From the human T2T-CHM13v2.0 reference genome, Homo sapiens, in NCBI RefSeq assembly GCF_009914755.1, contig NC_060936.1: a stretch of DNA of 64,000 nucleotides; one strand, 5' to 3'. Of the stretch, positions 52,542-64,000 are shown in pieces. The notes beneath the pieces were generated by a model. The model made no database searches and had not been told where the DNA came from. It worked only from the letters and a program-made list of their open reading frames with translations. Each line of letters starts with the position of its first letter. Position 1 is the stretch's first letter. The position numbers were made by a program, and so were the translations under genes.

Positions 52542-52945
52542 ATGGTGGGTTGAATGAGGGCCTCAAAAGCTATCTCCATTCTGAACCTGTGGATGTGGGA
52601 GTAAGGTCTTTCCAGGTATAATTAAGGTAAGGATTTTAAGATGAGGTCATCCTGGACTCGGGGCAGCGGGGTGTAAATCCAGTAAGAAGCATCCTGATTA
52701 GAAAATGAGAGGGCTCGGATAGTCACAGGCAGAAAAGAGAGGCCACATGATGTCAGAGGCAGAGACGACGCCACGACTGCCCAGTGTCCCCTGAGCGGGA
52801 CAGGCCTGCAGCAGACCTAGGCCCCCAGGGGAGCTGCCCCTGCCGGCACCGTGACTTTGGACTTCCGGCCTCCAGAACAGAGAGAGCGTAAGTCTCCGTT
52901 GTGTACAGCCACCCGGTCTGTGGTCAGTGCTACAGCAGCACCAAG
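52542..52945 (+). mobile_element. MLT1 LTR
   Basis: tggtgggttgaatg...aagatgaggtcatcctggact...tttggacttccggcctccagaac...agccacccggtctgtggtc. Confidence 0.75.
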
Positions 52946-55900
52946 AATCGCACAGGAGGGCAGAGAAAGAGACCACGCCAGGAGGGCAGTTAGAGGGCAA
53001 GGGCCCAGCAGACGCCCGGGCCACCACCCGTCCCCTGTTCTTCAGCAGCAGAACGACAGTTTGCTTGATGGCAGCGGGCGCAGGTGAAACCCCGGCCTCC
53101 CCGGGTGACCTCGCCGCTGAGGGTGGCGCCCGACCAACACCCAGTCAGCAAGACTCGAGTGGAACTTGCTGGGTGGAATTTCTGAGAAATATGTCTAAAA
53201 AAGGAGACTGCTGGAATCTGAGGTTTTCACCTTTTATCCACAGCCCTGTACTGTTTTTCGTGCCTGGAACCAGGACTCAATGCTCGGGGCTGGAGCAGCC
53301 AATGTGTGACCATGAGACCGAATGCCTCCAGCAGGAGGGGAGGAGCTGGGATTCACGTGGGGCTGGGCTTGTGAGGGTGCCACCAGCCCTCCAGGTCTCA
53401 CCGGCCACACCGCGGTTCGGCATTTCAGTTGGGGTCGGTAACACGCAGAAGTAAAGGAACTGAGGCATGCAAAGGCCAGGACTGTCAGGGACTCTGAGTT
53501 CCCTCACCCAGAGGAGCCGGGGCTGAGTGCCAGGAGTGAGAGCGCACCCACGTGAGGTCAGGCTGCCTCCCACCCAACAGCCCCACCCAGAAGGACGGGG
53601 CCGGCCATCTCCTGGAGGCTGAGAGCCCTCCGGGAAAGCAGACATTTCTGCCGGCTTCCTCTGTGTCCCTGCCCCCTGAAGAGTCATTTCACACTTGGCC
53701 GCCTGCTTTCCCAGCACACGATACCTGGGATATGTGGGCGGCTGTGATTTTTCAACTTGGAAGGAAGTGGGCTTTCAAGCTCCCAGCTTCTCTTTGAGTC
53801 ACTGATTTCCATCTGTTACAGTGACTGAAGCCAATATTCTGAGAGAGGAAACAGCACAAATTGAGAGGCGGCCGGGCACAAGATAATCGGGGAGGAAGGG
53901 GCAGAGGGAGCGCGCGCTGGGAAGGTGGGAGCCACGCTGTCCTCCCACGCAAAGAGGAACTAGGTGTGGCTGTGGCCTGAGGGAGGTGATCCCCAAACAG
54001 CCCAAACCCGGCTGTCCTGTTTTGGAGCCTCCGCCTGTCCACAGCCATCCTTCAGGGCACCCACTCTCCCTGGGCACACGGTTCAGGGCACCCGCTCTCC
54101 CTGGGCATGTGGCGCTGGCAGCCCAAGACAGGGACTCGGCCGCAGCTAAAGTTTCCCATAATTGCGGCCTCTGTGAGCCAGACCAACCTGCCTCCCGCTG
54201 AAAAGCACTAAGAATACTGGATTTAAACAACAACATCAACTTCTAAAAAGCAATAAATACCTGACAAGATGGCAAGAAATTGCTAGGCCAGAAGTGAAGG
54301 GAAAATGGGAATCAGAGAAATGAGTGGGCCTGCAATTTGCTTTTTCCCTAAGAGGGTGTTCTGAATACTGTGACTTTGACATTTCAAAGAGGGAGAAAGG
54401 GGGAAGAAATCAGAGGTGCCAAATAGAAAACTCTCCCTCCATAAACAGGGGTGAGGGTGAAGCACTGGGGGACCTGCCTTCAGGATGTGCAGCCTCGGCG
54501 TGGTCCAAGCAACCATCAAGGCCTGAACTCGGCGTTAGAGGAGCAGCACGGGCAGGGGCAGCAGGGGCAGGGGTAGCACAGGCAGCCCCCAGGAGCCTAG
54601 AGGAGCAAACAACCCTCTCCAGAGGGGAGTGCCTCCAGCCTAGGCCTCGGGTTATGCCTGCAACTCAATGTTCAACAACAATGACCAGCACACAGTCAAA
54701 CGTAACAAGGCACACAAGGGAAAGAGACACTGTGAGCAAGTGCCGGCAGAGAGAGCAGATGTGGACTCCAGGCCAGGGCAGCTGCCGTGGGACAGCGGGC
54801 CCTCCCTCCACCCTCAGATCCCAGGACACCAGCAGCCTCCACCGTGACCTTTGTCCAGCAAGCAGGACTCCACCCTGTTTGTAGTGAGGGAACCAGCAGC
54901 ACCATCACCTTCCGGCAATCCAGGCCCTGCGTCCTTCATGTGCGTGCGACCTTGGCTGTCCACTTCAGGGAGTGTGGAGGGTGGAGGGGAGTGTGGAAGC
55001 TACAGCAGGCAGAGTGTCCCACCAGCTCCCTTGCCCCTCTCTTTATTTCCACTATAAAAATGTAAACCAATTTAACGTGCCTGGCTATTAATTTTGATGA
55101 TTACAAAGTGAAGATAAAAAAGAGAGACCCTGGTTTGCCTTTGTAGATAATGTCTCTCTCTCCCAGCTTCAATTTTATCCACTCTCTCCAAATACAACAG
55201 CTAATTTCATTACAGACTGGTCTTTTAAGATTACCTGGGGACCCAAACTAATAACATATTGTCAATAGTGAAAAGACTGACTGCCCTTCTGATACCATGA
55301 AGTCATGAATATTTTGCAGGACATGGCAATACCTGTAAAATATATTCTCACTGAGACTAATACAGCGTTTGATAAATCTTCATACATAATACTTGTGTTC
55401 AACGAATATGAATATTTATGGGGCCAAAGCAAGGGAGATAGGGAATGACTGGAAGTATCTGGGGAGAAGGATTTCCTGGCCCTCTGCTTCCCTTTGGAAA
55501 GCATGCAGGGCTCTGGAACAACCCACGGCTGCTCCATGCAGCAATAAATGCCAACCTGACCCAGGTTTGGGTTTAAGGGCGGCTGGGAGCAAGGGTGTCC
55601 CATCACCTTGGTGGCCACCTCTGAGAGAAGCTGCTGAGAGGACCAGAGTGGTTGGGCCCCCACCCCTCCCCATGCCCACGCTGTCCTCTGATGGTGCACA
55701 CACCTGGGTCCACTGGGGTCAGCTCTCTGCTCAAATCCTGACTCTGGAATCTCCTGGAAATGCCTGTCCTTTGGACGCAGCCCAGCCTTGAGGGTCAAAG
55801 ACAGGAGGAGACCTCAGGAACCCACACACGGAGGATGGGAGGGGAAACTGGCCCTGCCCTTGCTGAAGCCCCCAGTGGAGTCCAGGGGACCTGGCTTTCC

Positions 55901-56194
55901 CTCAGCCGCTTGCTGAAGGAGAGCCTGCCCTGAACCCCTGTTGTCAAGGGGCAGCAGAGGCTCCACGTCTCTGCCCCCAGGGTGGATCCCCTTCTGCCGG
56001 GGCCCAAGCCAAAGATGAGGTTGTCAGCCCAAAACTTGTGTCAGTCTGGGCTGCTCAACTCCACATGGATGCACTGGGACCCAACCTGCCTTCCTCGTCT
56101 TCTCTCGTAGTCCAGCATTCCAGATCCTGTCTTCCCTTTCTCAATGCTTGTCTGTCCTCACTCTATAGAGTCTCCTACTATATTTATTCACCCT

Positions 56195-57400
56195 CCACTC
56201 ATCTACCCACCCATCCATCCACCCACTCACCCACCCATCCACCCACTCACCCATCCATCCACCCATCCACCCACCCATTCATCTCTCCACCTACCTACCC
56301 ACTCACCCACCCATCCATCCACCCACCCACCCATCCCTCCATACATCTGTACATCCATCCATCCACCCACCCACCTGCCCATCCACCAACTCACCCATCC
56401 ATCCATCCACCCACCCACCCATTCATCTCTCCACCCACCTACCCATCCACCCATCCATTCACACACCAATCCATCCACCCATCCACTCACCCATCCATCT
56501 CTCCACCCACCCACTAATCCACCCATCCACTCACTCACTCACCCATCCACGCACCCATGTATCCACCCTTCTACCCACCTACCCATCCATCCATCCATCC
56601 ATCCACTCACCCACCCATCCACCCACCTAATCCATCCAGCCATCCATCCATTCACCCACCCACCCATCCACTTACCCACCCACCCATCCACCCACCCATC
56701 TACCCACCCATCCATACATCCACCCAAGTACCCAGCCATCCACCCATCCACCCAGACATCCACTCACCCACCCATCCATCCACCTACCCACTTATCCATC
56801 CATCCACATATCCACCCATCCACCCACCCACCCATCCATCCATTCACCCACCTACCCATCCACCCACTCATCCATCCACCTGCCTACTCATCCATTCATC
56901 CATCCACCCATCCACCCAGCCATCCATCCATACATCCACCCATCCACCCACCCATCCACCCATCCACCCACCCAGCCACCCACCCATCCATCCACATATC
57001 TACCCATCCACCCACCCACCCATCCATCCGTACATACATACATACATACGTACATACACCCAACCACCTGCCCATCCACCCACTCACCCATCCACCCACC
57101 CATCCATCCACCCATCCATCCACCCACCCACCCATCACCCACCCACCCATACATCCACCCACCCACCCATACATCCATCCACTCACCCACCCATCCACAC
57201 ATCCACCCATCCATCCACCCACCCACCCATACATCCATCCACTCACCCACCCACCCATCCATCCACCTAATCCATCCATCCACCCACACATCCACCCACC
57301 CACCCTTCCATCCACCTACCCACCATCATCCATTTATCCATCCACCCACCCACCCATCCATTTATCCATCCACCCACCGACCCATCCCTCCATCCATCCT
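56195..57400. repeat. ~1.2 kb (CCAT/CCAC)n tetranucleotide repeat
   Basis: Degenerate ccatccacccacccat tract. Confidence 0.95.
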
Positions 57401-57519
57401 ACCAGTCAATCAATACTTACTAAGCACATACTATACATCAGGCATCATGTTATCTGTCTGTCCAAATCCTGCCCCACTTGAACTCTCTTTCTGTCTCCAT
57501 CTTTGCTAACTTTTCTGGG

Positions 57520-57720
57520 ACCTACCATGTGGGAGGCACTCTGCCAAGCGCTTCATATGCACCATCTTGTCTAATCTTCTCCATGATCCTGTCATGGAGG
57601 GATAATCATTTTTCACATTTCACAGATGAGGAAACCAAGGCTCAGAGAGGAGTAGTGACTTGCCCGAGGTCACCCCATTGGGATTAGGACTCAGATCCAT
57701 CCAACTCCCAATGTGCAGCT
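57520..57720. mobile_element. MIR SINE
   Basis: catttcacagatgaggaaaccaaggctcagagaggagtagtgacttgcccgaggtcac. Confidence 0.8.
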
Positions 57721-58149
57721 CAAAGATTCCTCTTCCATGAAGCTGTCCTGACCTTCCCCTTCAAAGCAATCCCCTCTCCTGCACCTTAGAGAGCAGAGAG
57801 TGCAGGCTGCTGCCCCTCTGCCTGACTGTGAACTCCCAGGGGGCAGCTGCTCAGGGCACTGGGCACACCCTGCTGGGCTCTGCACAGTATGGCAGTCATT
57901 CGGTGAATGAAGTGTGAATCGGATCAAACCCTCTCCCCGATGCCCCCTCCAATTTCCCGTGGAATCCTGGCATTCATGCATCTTGGGCAGAGCGGAACTA
58001 GCTTCCGTGCAGTGGAGTCGGGCTGGAAGGTCGGGTGGACCTCGGGTGGCGGAAATGAGAAACCACAGTAACATCTGCCGAAGCAGCGCCATCACTTATC
58101 AAGCGCGACCGGGTGCCGGGCGCTGCTCCCAGAGCTTTGCAGGCTCCCC

Positions 58150-58320
58150 TTGTCCAGCGTCCTCACAACAGAGGTGAGTGCTGTTCTCACCCCAATTTAC
58201 AGATGAGGAAGCTGAGGAGCGGGAGACTGGGCGGCCTGACGGAGGTGGCCCAGGGGGAGGTGGTGGGGCCGGGCTCTGAGTCCAGGCGGCCCAGCGCTCT
58301 AGCCACATTTTAACCACAAG
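58150..58320. mobile_element. MIR SINE fragment
   Basis: cctcacaaca...ccccaatttacagatgaggaagctgagg. Confidence 0.65.
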
Positions 58321-58341
58321 GCTCTGCACCGAGCAACTAAG

Positions 58342-58555
58342 ATAATCAGGGTGGCCTCCCCCGTGTCCACTGCAAAGTGCTGGAGCCTCAGAATATAATC
58401 AGGGCGGCCTCCCCTGTGTCCACTGCAAAGTGCTCGAGCCTCAGAATATAATCAGGGCGGCCTCCCCCGTGTCCACTGCAAAGTGCTGGAGCCTCAGAAT
58501 ATAATCAGGGCGGCCTCCCCCGTGTCCACTGCAAAGTGCTCGAGCCTCAGAATAT
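58342..58555. repeat. 53 bp minisatellite x4
   Basis: ataatcaggg at 58342, 58395, 58448 and 58501. Confidence 0.95.
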
Positions 58556-59929
58556 TAACAGGCATTTTCCACCATTTTCTCAAAATAGTGTGAAAATAGC
58601 CCCTTGCAGAATTCAGACCCCGTCTGTTCTTTTCTGACTTAGAAATAAAATCAGGGCTTGCTGGGTTTCACGCCGGAGCTGCACGCAGAGCTGATGCGAC
58701 TGAACTATTCTGTGGAAAGTAAAAATAGCCCCTTTCTGCCGTGGGATGTGGGCGAGGTTGCGCCGCGGCTGCTGATCTGAGAAGGTTGCGTCTTCTGGGC
58801 CAGTCTCTGTGAAGGCCACCAGTTCGGATCCCAGTTCTGCCATTACCAGGCTGCGCATCCACACTCAGCCCTGGTGTCCTTGCGGGAACACAGGGTCCAG
58901 AGACGGCCTTCCACACAGAGCAGAGAGGGCTGAGCCACCCACTCATACTCCCCACCGCGTCACACAGGGTGTGAGTGACACGGCCTCAGGGGAAGACCCC
59001 TCTATGCTGGGGCTGCAATAAACCCCTGTGCTGGGCCCATTCCGAGATGCCAATGGGGACTTGGAGCATGAGAAAGCGGACAGCCTCTGGCCCTGAGAAC
59101 AGTCTCCAGAATGTTCGAGAGTGGAGGGTGGTGGGGACGCGGGGTCCTGGAGAGGGCACGGCAGGCAGGCAGCCCCCGAAACGGCCGCCCACCCCCTCAC
59201 GCCTGCAGGTCTTGGGTTCCGTCATGTTTCCTCATCAGCCTTTCGCCTCCTCTCTCACTGAAAGAAGAGGCAGGCAGAGGCAGGAGCTGGCCGCGGGCTG
59301 GGAGGCGACCCCACAGACCCCAGCGTCCCAGTCCAGGCTCGGCTCTCCAGCAGAGGCATGAAGCTGGATCACAGTCAGTGCCTGCCCCGGGCCCCGACCT
59401 GCAAAGGGGGGTGCCATGATTCTCTACCATACAGCCTGTGGGTTCTTCCCCAGCCCGACCCCACGTCCCCATTTCACGATGCATTTTTATGCCCCTATTC
59501 TGGGAGGAAACAGAGATCCCCTATAACCGAGCATATACTTCCTTTAAAAATCTATTTAGTGCTATAGCTTCACTAAAAAAGGAAAAAGAAAGAAAAGGAA
59601 TTTGCAGTTCTCAACCTCAGATGACCTTGCTTCCTTCCTCCCTGGGAAACGGAGAATCAGGAGCACCCGAGCTTCCCACCCTAACCACCTGTGCTCAGGG
59701 AATGGCCGTCTGAGGTGCGAGGTGCTGCCAGGACCTCCCGGGTCCTCATCCCTCCTCCTGCCAGGGTGTGTCCCTGCTCTCTTTCCTCCGCTTCAGCAAA
59801 TTCCCCCGTGCTCTGTGTAGTCCCTCAGCCACCCTTTCAGATCCGACAGGGACGCCCACCCCAGCCCACTCCCTCTGCAGCCACCCAGCCTCCTTCCCAT
59901 CACGAGCACTGGCGCTCACATGGGGTACT

Positions 59930-60050
59930 CGGACCCATAGGGACATTTGGTGAGACCTGGGCAGGTTTGGCTGTCACACCTGGGGAGGGGTGGGGCAGCT
60001 ACCAGCATCTAGTGGTTGGAGGCCAGGAATGCTGCATGGCCTGGCCCCCA
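59930..60050 (+). mobile_element. MER20 (hAT-Charlie) fragment
   Basis: gggacatttgg...ggctgtcacacctggggag...gctaccagcatctagtggttggaggccaggaatgctgc. Confidence 0.75.
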
Positions 60051-60051
60051 T

Positions 60052-60445
60052 TCTACACCCCACAGAGCACAGCCTGCATCCTACACCCCACAGAGCACAG
60101 CCTGCACCCTACACCCCACGGAGCATGGTCCTATTCTACACCCACAGAGCACAGCCTGCACCCTACACCCCACGGAGCATGGTCCTATTCTACACCCCAC
60201 AGAGCACAGCCTGCACCCTATGGAGCACGGTCCCATCCTACACCCCACAGAGCACAGCCTGCACCCTACACCCCACAGAGCACAGCCTCATCCTACACCC
60301 CACAGAGCACGGCCCCATCCTACACCCCACAGAGCACAGCCTGCATCTTACACCCCACGGCACATCCCCATCCTAGACTCCACAGAGCAGGGCCTGAATC
60401 CCATACCCCATGGAGCACAGCCCCTGTCCCACACCCCACAGAAGC
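60052..60445. repeat. ~28 bp minisatellite CTACACCCCACAGAGCACAGCCTGCAT, ~14 copies
   Basis: Direct tandem repeats. Confidence 0.92.
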
Positions 60446-61112
60446 AGCTGGTGGGGTCAGCTTGCCCAGCTTCGGGGACAGGAGCCTTGCACTGCCCCCC
60501 CAGGCCACACCCTCTCTCCTGCTCCTTCCACTCGCGTCCTCACAGTGTGTGCCCAGGCCCAGGCCTTGGACTTGCCACTCTTCCGTCCACACTGGCTCCC
60601 TAGCGTGGGGTCAGCTCCTCTCCAGGGCCACCTCACCAAGGAGACCTGCGGTTTTTATGAATTCCAGGATCACCTGCGAACAGCACAATTGGATCACACT
60701 CCAGTGAGTCTGTTAAAAGCATTAATTTGTTATCCATAAACGTGTAAATACAACATAATTTTGGTAAGCCTGTGTTGAGATTTTGTGTTTTTAAAAATCT
60801 TCCTAAAAGCTCAAAAACACGGTGGCCAGACCCCCCTCGCTCAGTAGAGGCTGCGCCCAGCCCTCCCCAGCTGGCCCCACCTTCGGGCCCCTCCAGCCCC
60901 GGGGCCCAGCCTTGTCCCTTCCAACCAGGGCAGGGAAAGAAGGAGGAGGGGTATCGGTGGGGCTGCACAGGGGCTGCTGGGAGCCTCAGGAAGATCCACG
61001 GTCGACCTGGCACCTCTAGATTTCATTATTTCCCTGGCGCTCCACAGGGTCGAGGATGGCGTTTCAAAGAACAATTGCACTTGGTTTATTTACTTAAAAA
61101 TAAAACACTGAT

Positions 61113-61369
61113 GGGCACACTGGCTCATGCCTGCAATCCCAGCACTTTGAGAGGCTGAGGAAGGTGGATCACTTGAGCTCAGGAGTTCGAGACCAGCCTG
61201 GGCAACATGGTGAAACCCTGTCTCTATCAAAAAATACAAAAATTAGCCGGGCATGGTGGTGAGCACCTGTAATCCCAGCTACTCGGGAGGCTGAGGCAGG
61301 AGAACCACTTGACCCTGGGTGGTGGGGGTGAAACCCTGCCTCGAAAAAATTAAAAAAATAAAAATAAAA
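61113..61369 (+). mobile_element. Alu with a deletion in the right arm
   Basis: tggctcatgcctgcaatcccagcactttg...gagttcgagaccagcctgggcaacatggtgaaaccc... Confidence 0.9.
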
Positions 61370-62287
61370 TGCTGACAGCCAAGGGCCTGAGCACAGCCCC
61401 TCTGGCCAGGCAAGCGTGGGCGGCAGGACGCTGACCAAGAACGCTGGATGATGCATGGGGCTGGGCGGGCACTGGGCAGGCCTGACCCAGAACGAGAGAC
61501 AAGGTGGGTGCTCGGGGAACCCACATGGATGCCTCTCTTCAGGGCCAGAGCTGGGGCCCTAAGAGCACCTGCCCTTCGTGACCCAGCTTTCAGTCCAGCC
61601 TCCAACACAGGGGCCTCAGGCCACCAGGGACATGAATCCGCCATCCCATCAGCACAGGGCCTCAGGGCCTCACAGGCAGCATCCACGCTTGAACCCTGGT
61701 GCAGTGTCGCAGCTGCAGCCGTAGGATCACGCAGAGCTGGTGATTTGCAGGTTCAGGGCCGCCCTAAACCTCCTGGTGGATCCTGGGATGTGCACCCCGA
61801 CTGACCTCCCAGCTGGGCCTGCAGCCCCGTGTGTGGCCAGCGTTGATGCACAGTGCACGCCGTGGGCCGCCTGCCCTCCTCTCGTCTGCCTGGCAATCCC
61901 AGCTGTGGCCGGGTCCACTCAACCCTACACATCGTGGGAGCAGGTCCAGCCCTGCTCCTGCCCCAGCCCGGGCCAGTTATGACCAGGCCAGTCCCACAGG
62001 GCACTCCTCCCGCCCTCTGCCAGTGGCTGGCTAGGTGCTCAGAGATGACAGTCCTAACGGAGAGGCAGGAAGCCTGCGTGTCCCCAGACATCCCTGCGGG
62101 GCCTCCCGCCTTTCAGGGCCCTGCTCATGCACACCGGGCAGCTGCACGGGTCCTTTGGACTTCGGCAGCGACTCTCTGGGAGGGAGGAGCAGAGACAGAC
62201 CTGGGTGTCCGTGGCCGCCACCGAGCCACCAAGCCTGCAGCGTGCGTGCCTTCATGTGAGGTGTGCTCCCCATGGTTGAAGCTAGTT

Positions 62288-62784
62288 GTGATGGTGAATT
62301 CTGCATCCATAGAGAGGGCCTTGGATGCCCAGGTGGCTGGAAGTATTGCTTCCAGGTGCGTCTGTGCGAGATTTGAGTCTGAATCAGGGGGCTGAGGAAG
62401 AAAGGTCTGTCCTCCCCAGTGCAGACAGGGATCAGCCCCTTCTCGGAGGCCCGGCTGGAACAGAAAGGCAGAGGAGGGCAGCTTCATGTCCTGTGTGAGC
62501 TGAGACCTCCCTCTGCTCCTGCCTGTGGACATCGGGTGGAGCTGCCAGGTCTCGGGCCTTTGGAGTAGAAGTTATGCCGTTTTCCTCAGCGTGACCCTGG
62601 CTCTTAGGTCTCTGCACTCAGGCCAAAGGACCCCACCCAGCTTCCCGGGCCTGCAGCTTGCAGACGGCAGATGATGGGGCCTCTTGGTCTGCACAGTCAC
62701 GGGAGCCAATCCTCACCCTACATCTCCTCTTGGGTCTCTCTCTATCCGCCGGCTCCTTTCCTCGGGAGAGCCCTGACGCACACA
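62288..62784 (+). mobile_element. MLT2 (ERVL) solo LTR
   Basis: tgtgatggtgaatt...gaacagaaaggcagaggagggc...cagcttgcagacggcagatgatgggg...gagagccctgac. Confidence 0.75.
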
Positions 62785-64000
62785 CTAGCTGAGTTTGCTT
62801 TTCAACAGGCCTTTCCGTCTGGGGCAGGTCAACACCCCACTCCGCCACACACACAGCTGTACCCGGCACAACACGCGGCCACAGGTCACCTCAGGTCGCC
62901 TCGGGTGCTCCTCCCGCAGCCCCACGTAGACAGAAGACATTCCTCGGGCCTGGGTGCCCAGCCTCCCGCGTCCTTCTAGGGAGAAGCCGGATTTCCTGTA
63001 GAACCTGTGTCTTCTCCACCCTCAGCCTCCGGAGGTTCGGAGGCACTCACTGACCCCGCCATGCAGGCGGGCACACGAGGCAGGCGCTCCTAAGGAAAAG
63101 GGGGCGGCCAGCGGCCCCCACCGCTGGGTCACGCTATCCCCTCTGCCAGAACCACTGGGCCACTGGGTCCCGTTAGCGTTCACTCTGTCAGACTTGAGTT
63201 TTCTGTAGCTGAAAATCAAAGATCTCAGCTGCTAACAGGGCTGGCGAGCCTCAAGCTGCTCCTGCAGCGACATCCCCAAGTCCGTGTGGGTACAATGTGC
63301 CAGGGCCGGCCGCCAAGCCCAGGAGCCTCCCCACAGCACATCCACACACGCGCTTGTTTTATTTTTATTTGTTGTTGTTTAAACTCACACTGAGAGGCAC
63401 AGAACGCCCGGGGAGGGTGCTGCGTGCAGAGCCGGGACCTCACTTCCCGGGTTCCGATTCCGCCTCGAGGACACGGGTGCGGCAGACACGGCCCAGAGCC
63501 CTCGAGGGCCACGAGGCACAGACGCCCCCACCTCGGATCTTTCTGGATTCCTGGGGAATCTGTCGTCTCTACAGAAGCTTGAGTTCATATTACTTAACAG
63601 TTTCTTTTAAATCGACTCATCTTTTAAGTTAAATTAATTCGTTTCTTAAATAAGTGATGGATTGGCACCAACAATAGAAAACATGTATCGTTTTACTAGT
63701 AAATATCAGTAAACAGAATGGAAATGGGATGCTGCATTGAGAGTATGGCCAGGTGTGTCTGTTAGCAAAGCCCGTGTGCCTGGATCCGTGGGACACGGTG
63801 GAGGAGGTGGAGGGAAGCTCCCTCGGCATGATCTGATTCTCTCCAACTCCATGTCCCTGGGCCAGCTCAAGGCCTCCGCCCCCACCAGGTGCCCTCGGGG
63901 TTGGAGAATCATCAGCCCACCCTCATCTCAGAGGCGAGGGGAGGTGGGCGGCGCCAGCGGGGGGGTCCTTCTGCTGTGCCGCGTGCCTCCTTCAGTGCCC

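Noticed and set aside
56144-57481. 445-aa His/Pro-rich ORF and overlapping ORFs
   Set aside because: Translation of the (CCAT/CCAC)n simple repeat; no splice signals or domain.
58365-58545. Four AGCACTTT miR-17/302-type seed matches on the GALNT9 sense strand
   Set aside because: Deep intronic with no evidence of inclusion in a mature RNA.

Overview
This is GC-rich human or great-ape genomic DNA (Alu, L1, MIR, MaLR and ERV1 LTRs, MER20, Tigger). It carries four internal coding exons of GALNT9 (polypeptide N-acetylgalactosaminyltransferase 9, subtelomeric 12q24.33) on the minus strand: 31571-31391, 7767-7601, 6264-6090 and 2981-2784. All four have GT-AG boundaries and join in frame. By my recall of the protein these are exons 2-5, so 31572-64000 is intron 1 and exon 1 lies beyond the window. 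The introns are unusually rich in minisatellites (about 20), many of which grew from inside transposable elements. Main observations: (1) both ends of intron 2 sit in tandem repeats that copy the splice site itself, giving decoy sites that all lead to premature stops; (2) a ~4 kb GATA-dense, telomere-motif-rich array with higher-order structure expanded inside an MST LTR; (3) an antisense ATG-initiated ORF made of mucin-like STAPT repeats lies inside the gene for a mucin O-glycosylation enzyme, probably by coincidence; (4) there is a possible LTR-driven antisense lncRNA in intron 2. There is no prokaryotic-type system, and nearly all ORFs in the supplied track are spurious. Repeat subfamily names come from remembered consensus similarity and need RepeatMasker or Dfam confirmation.
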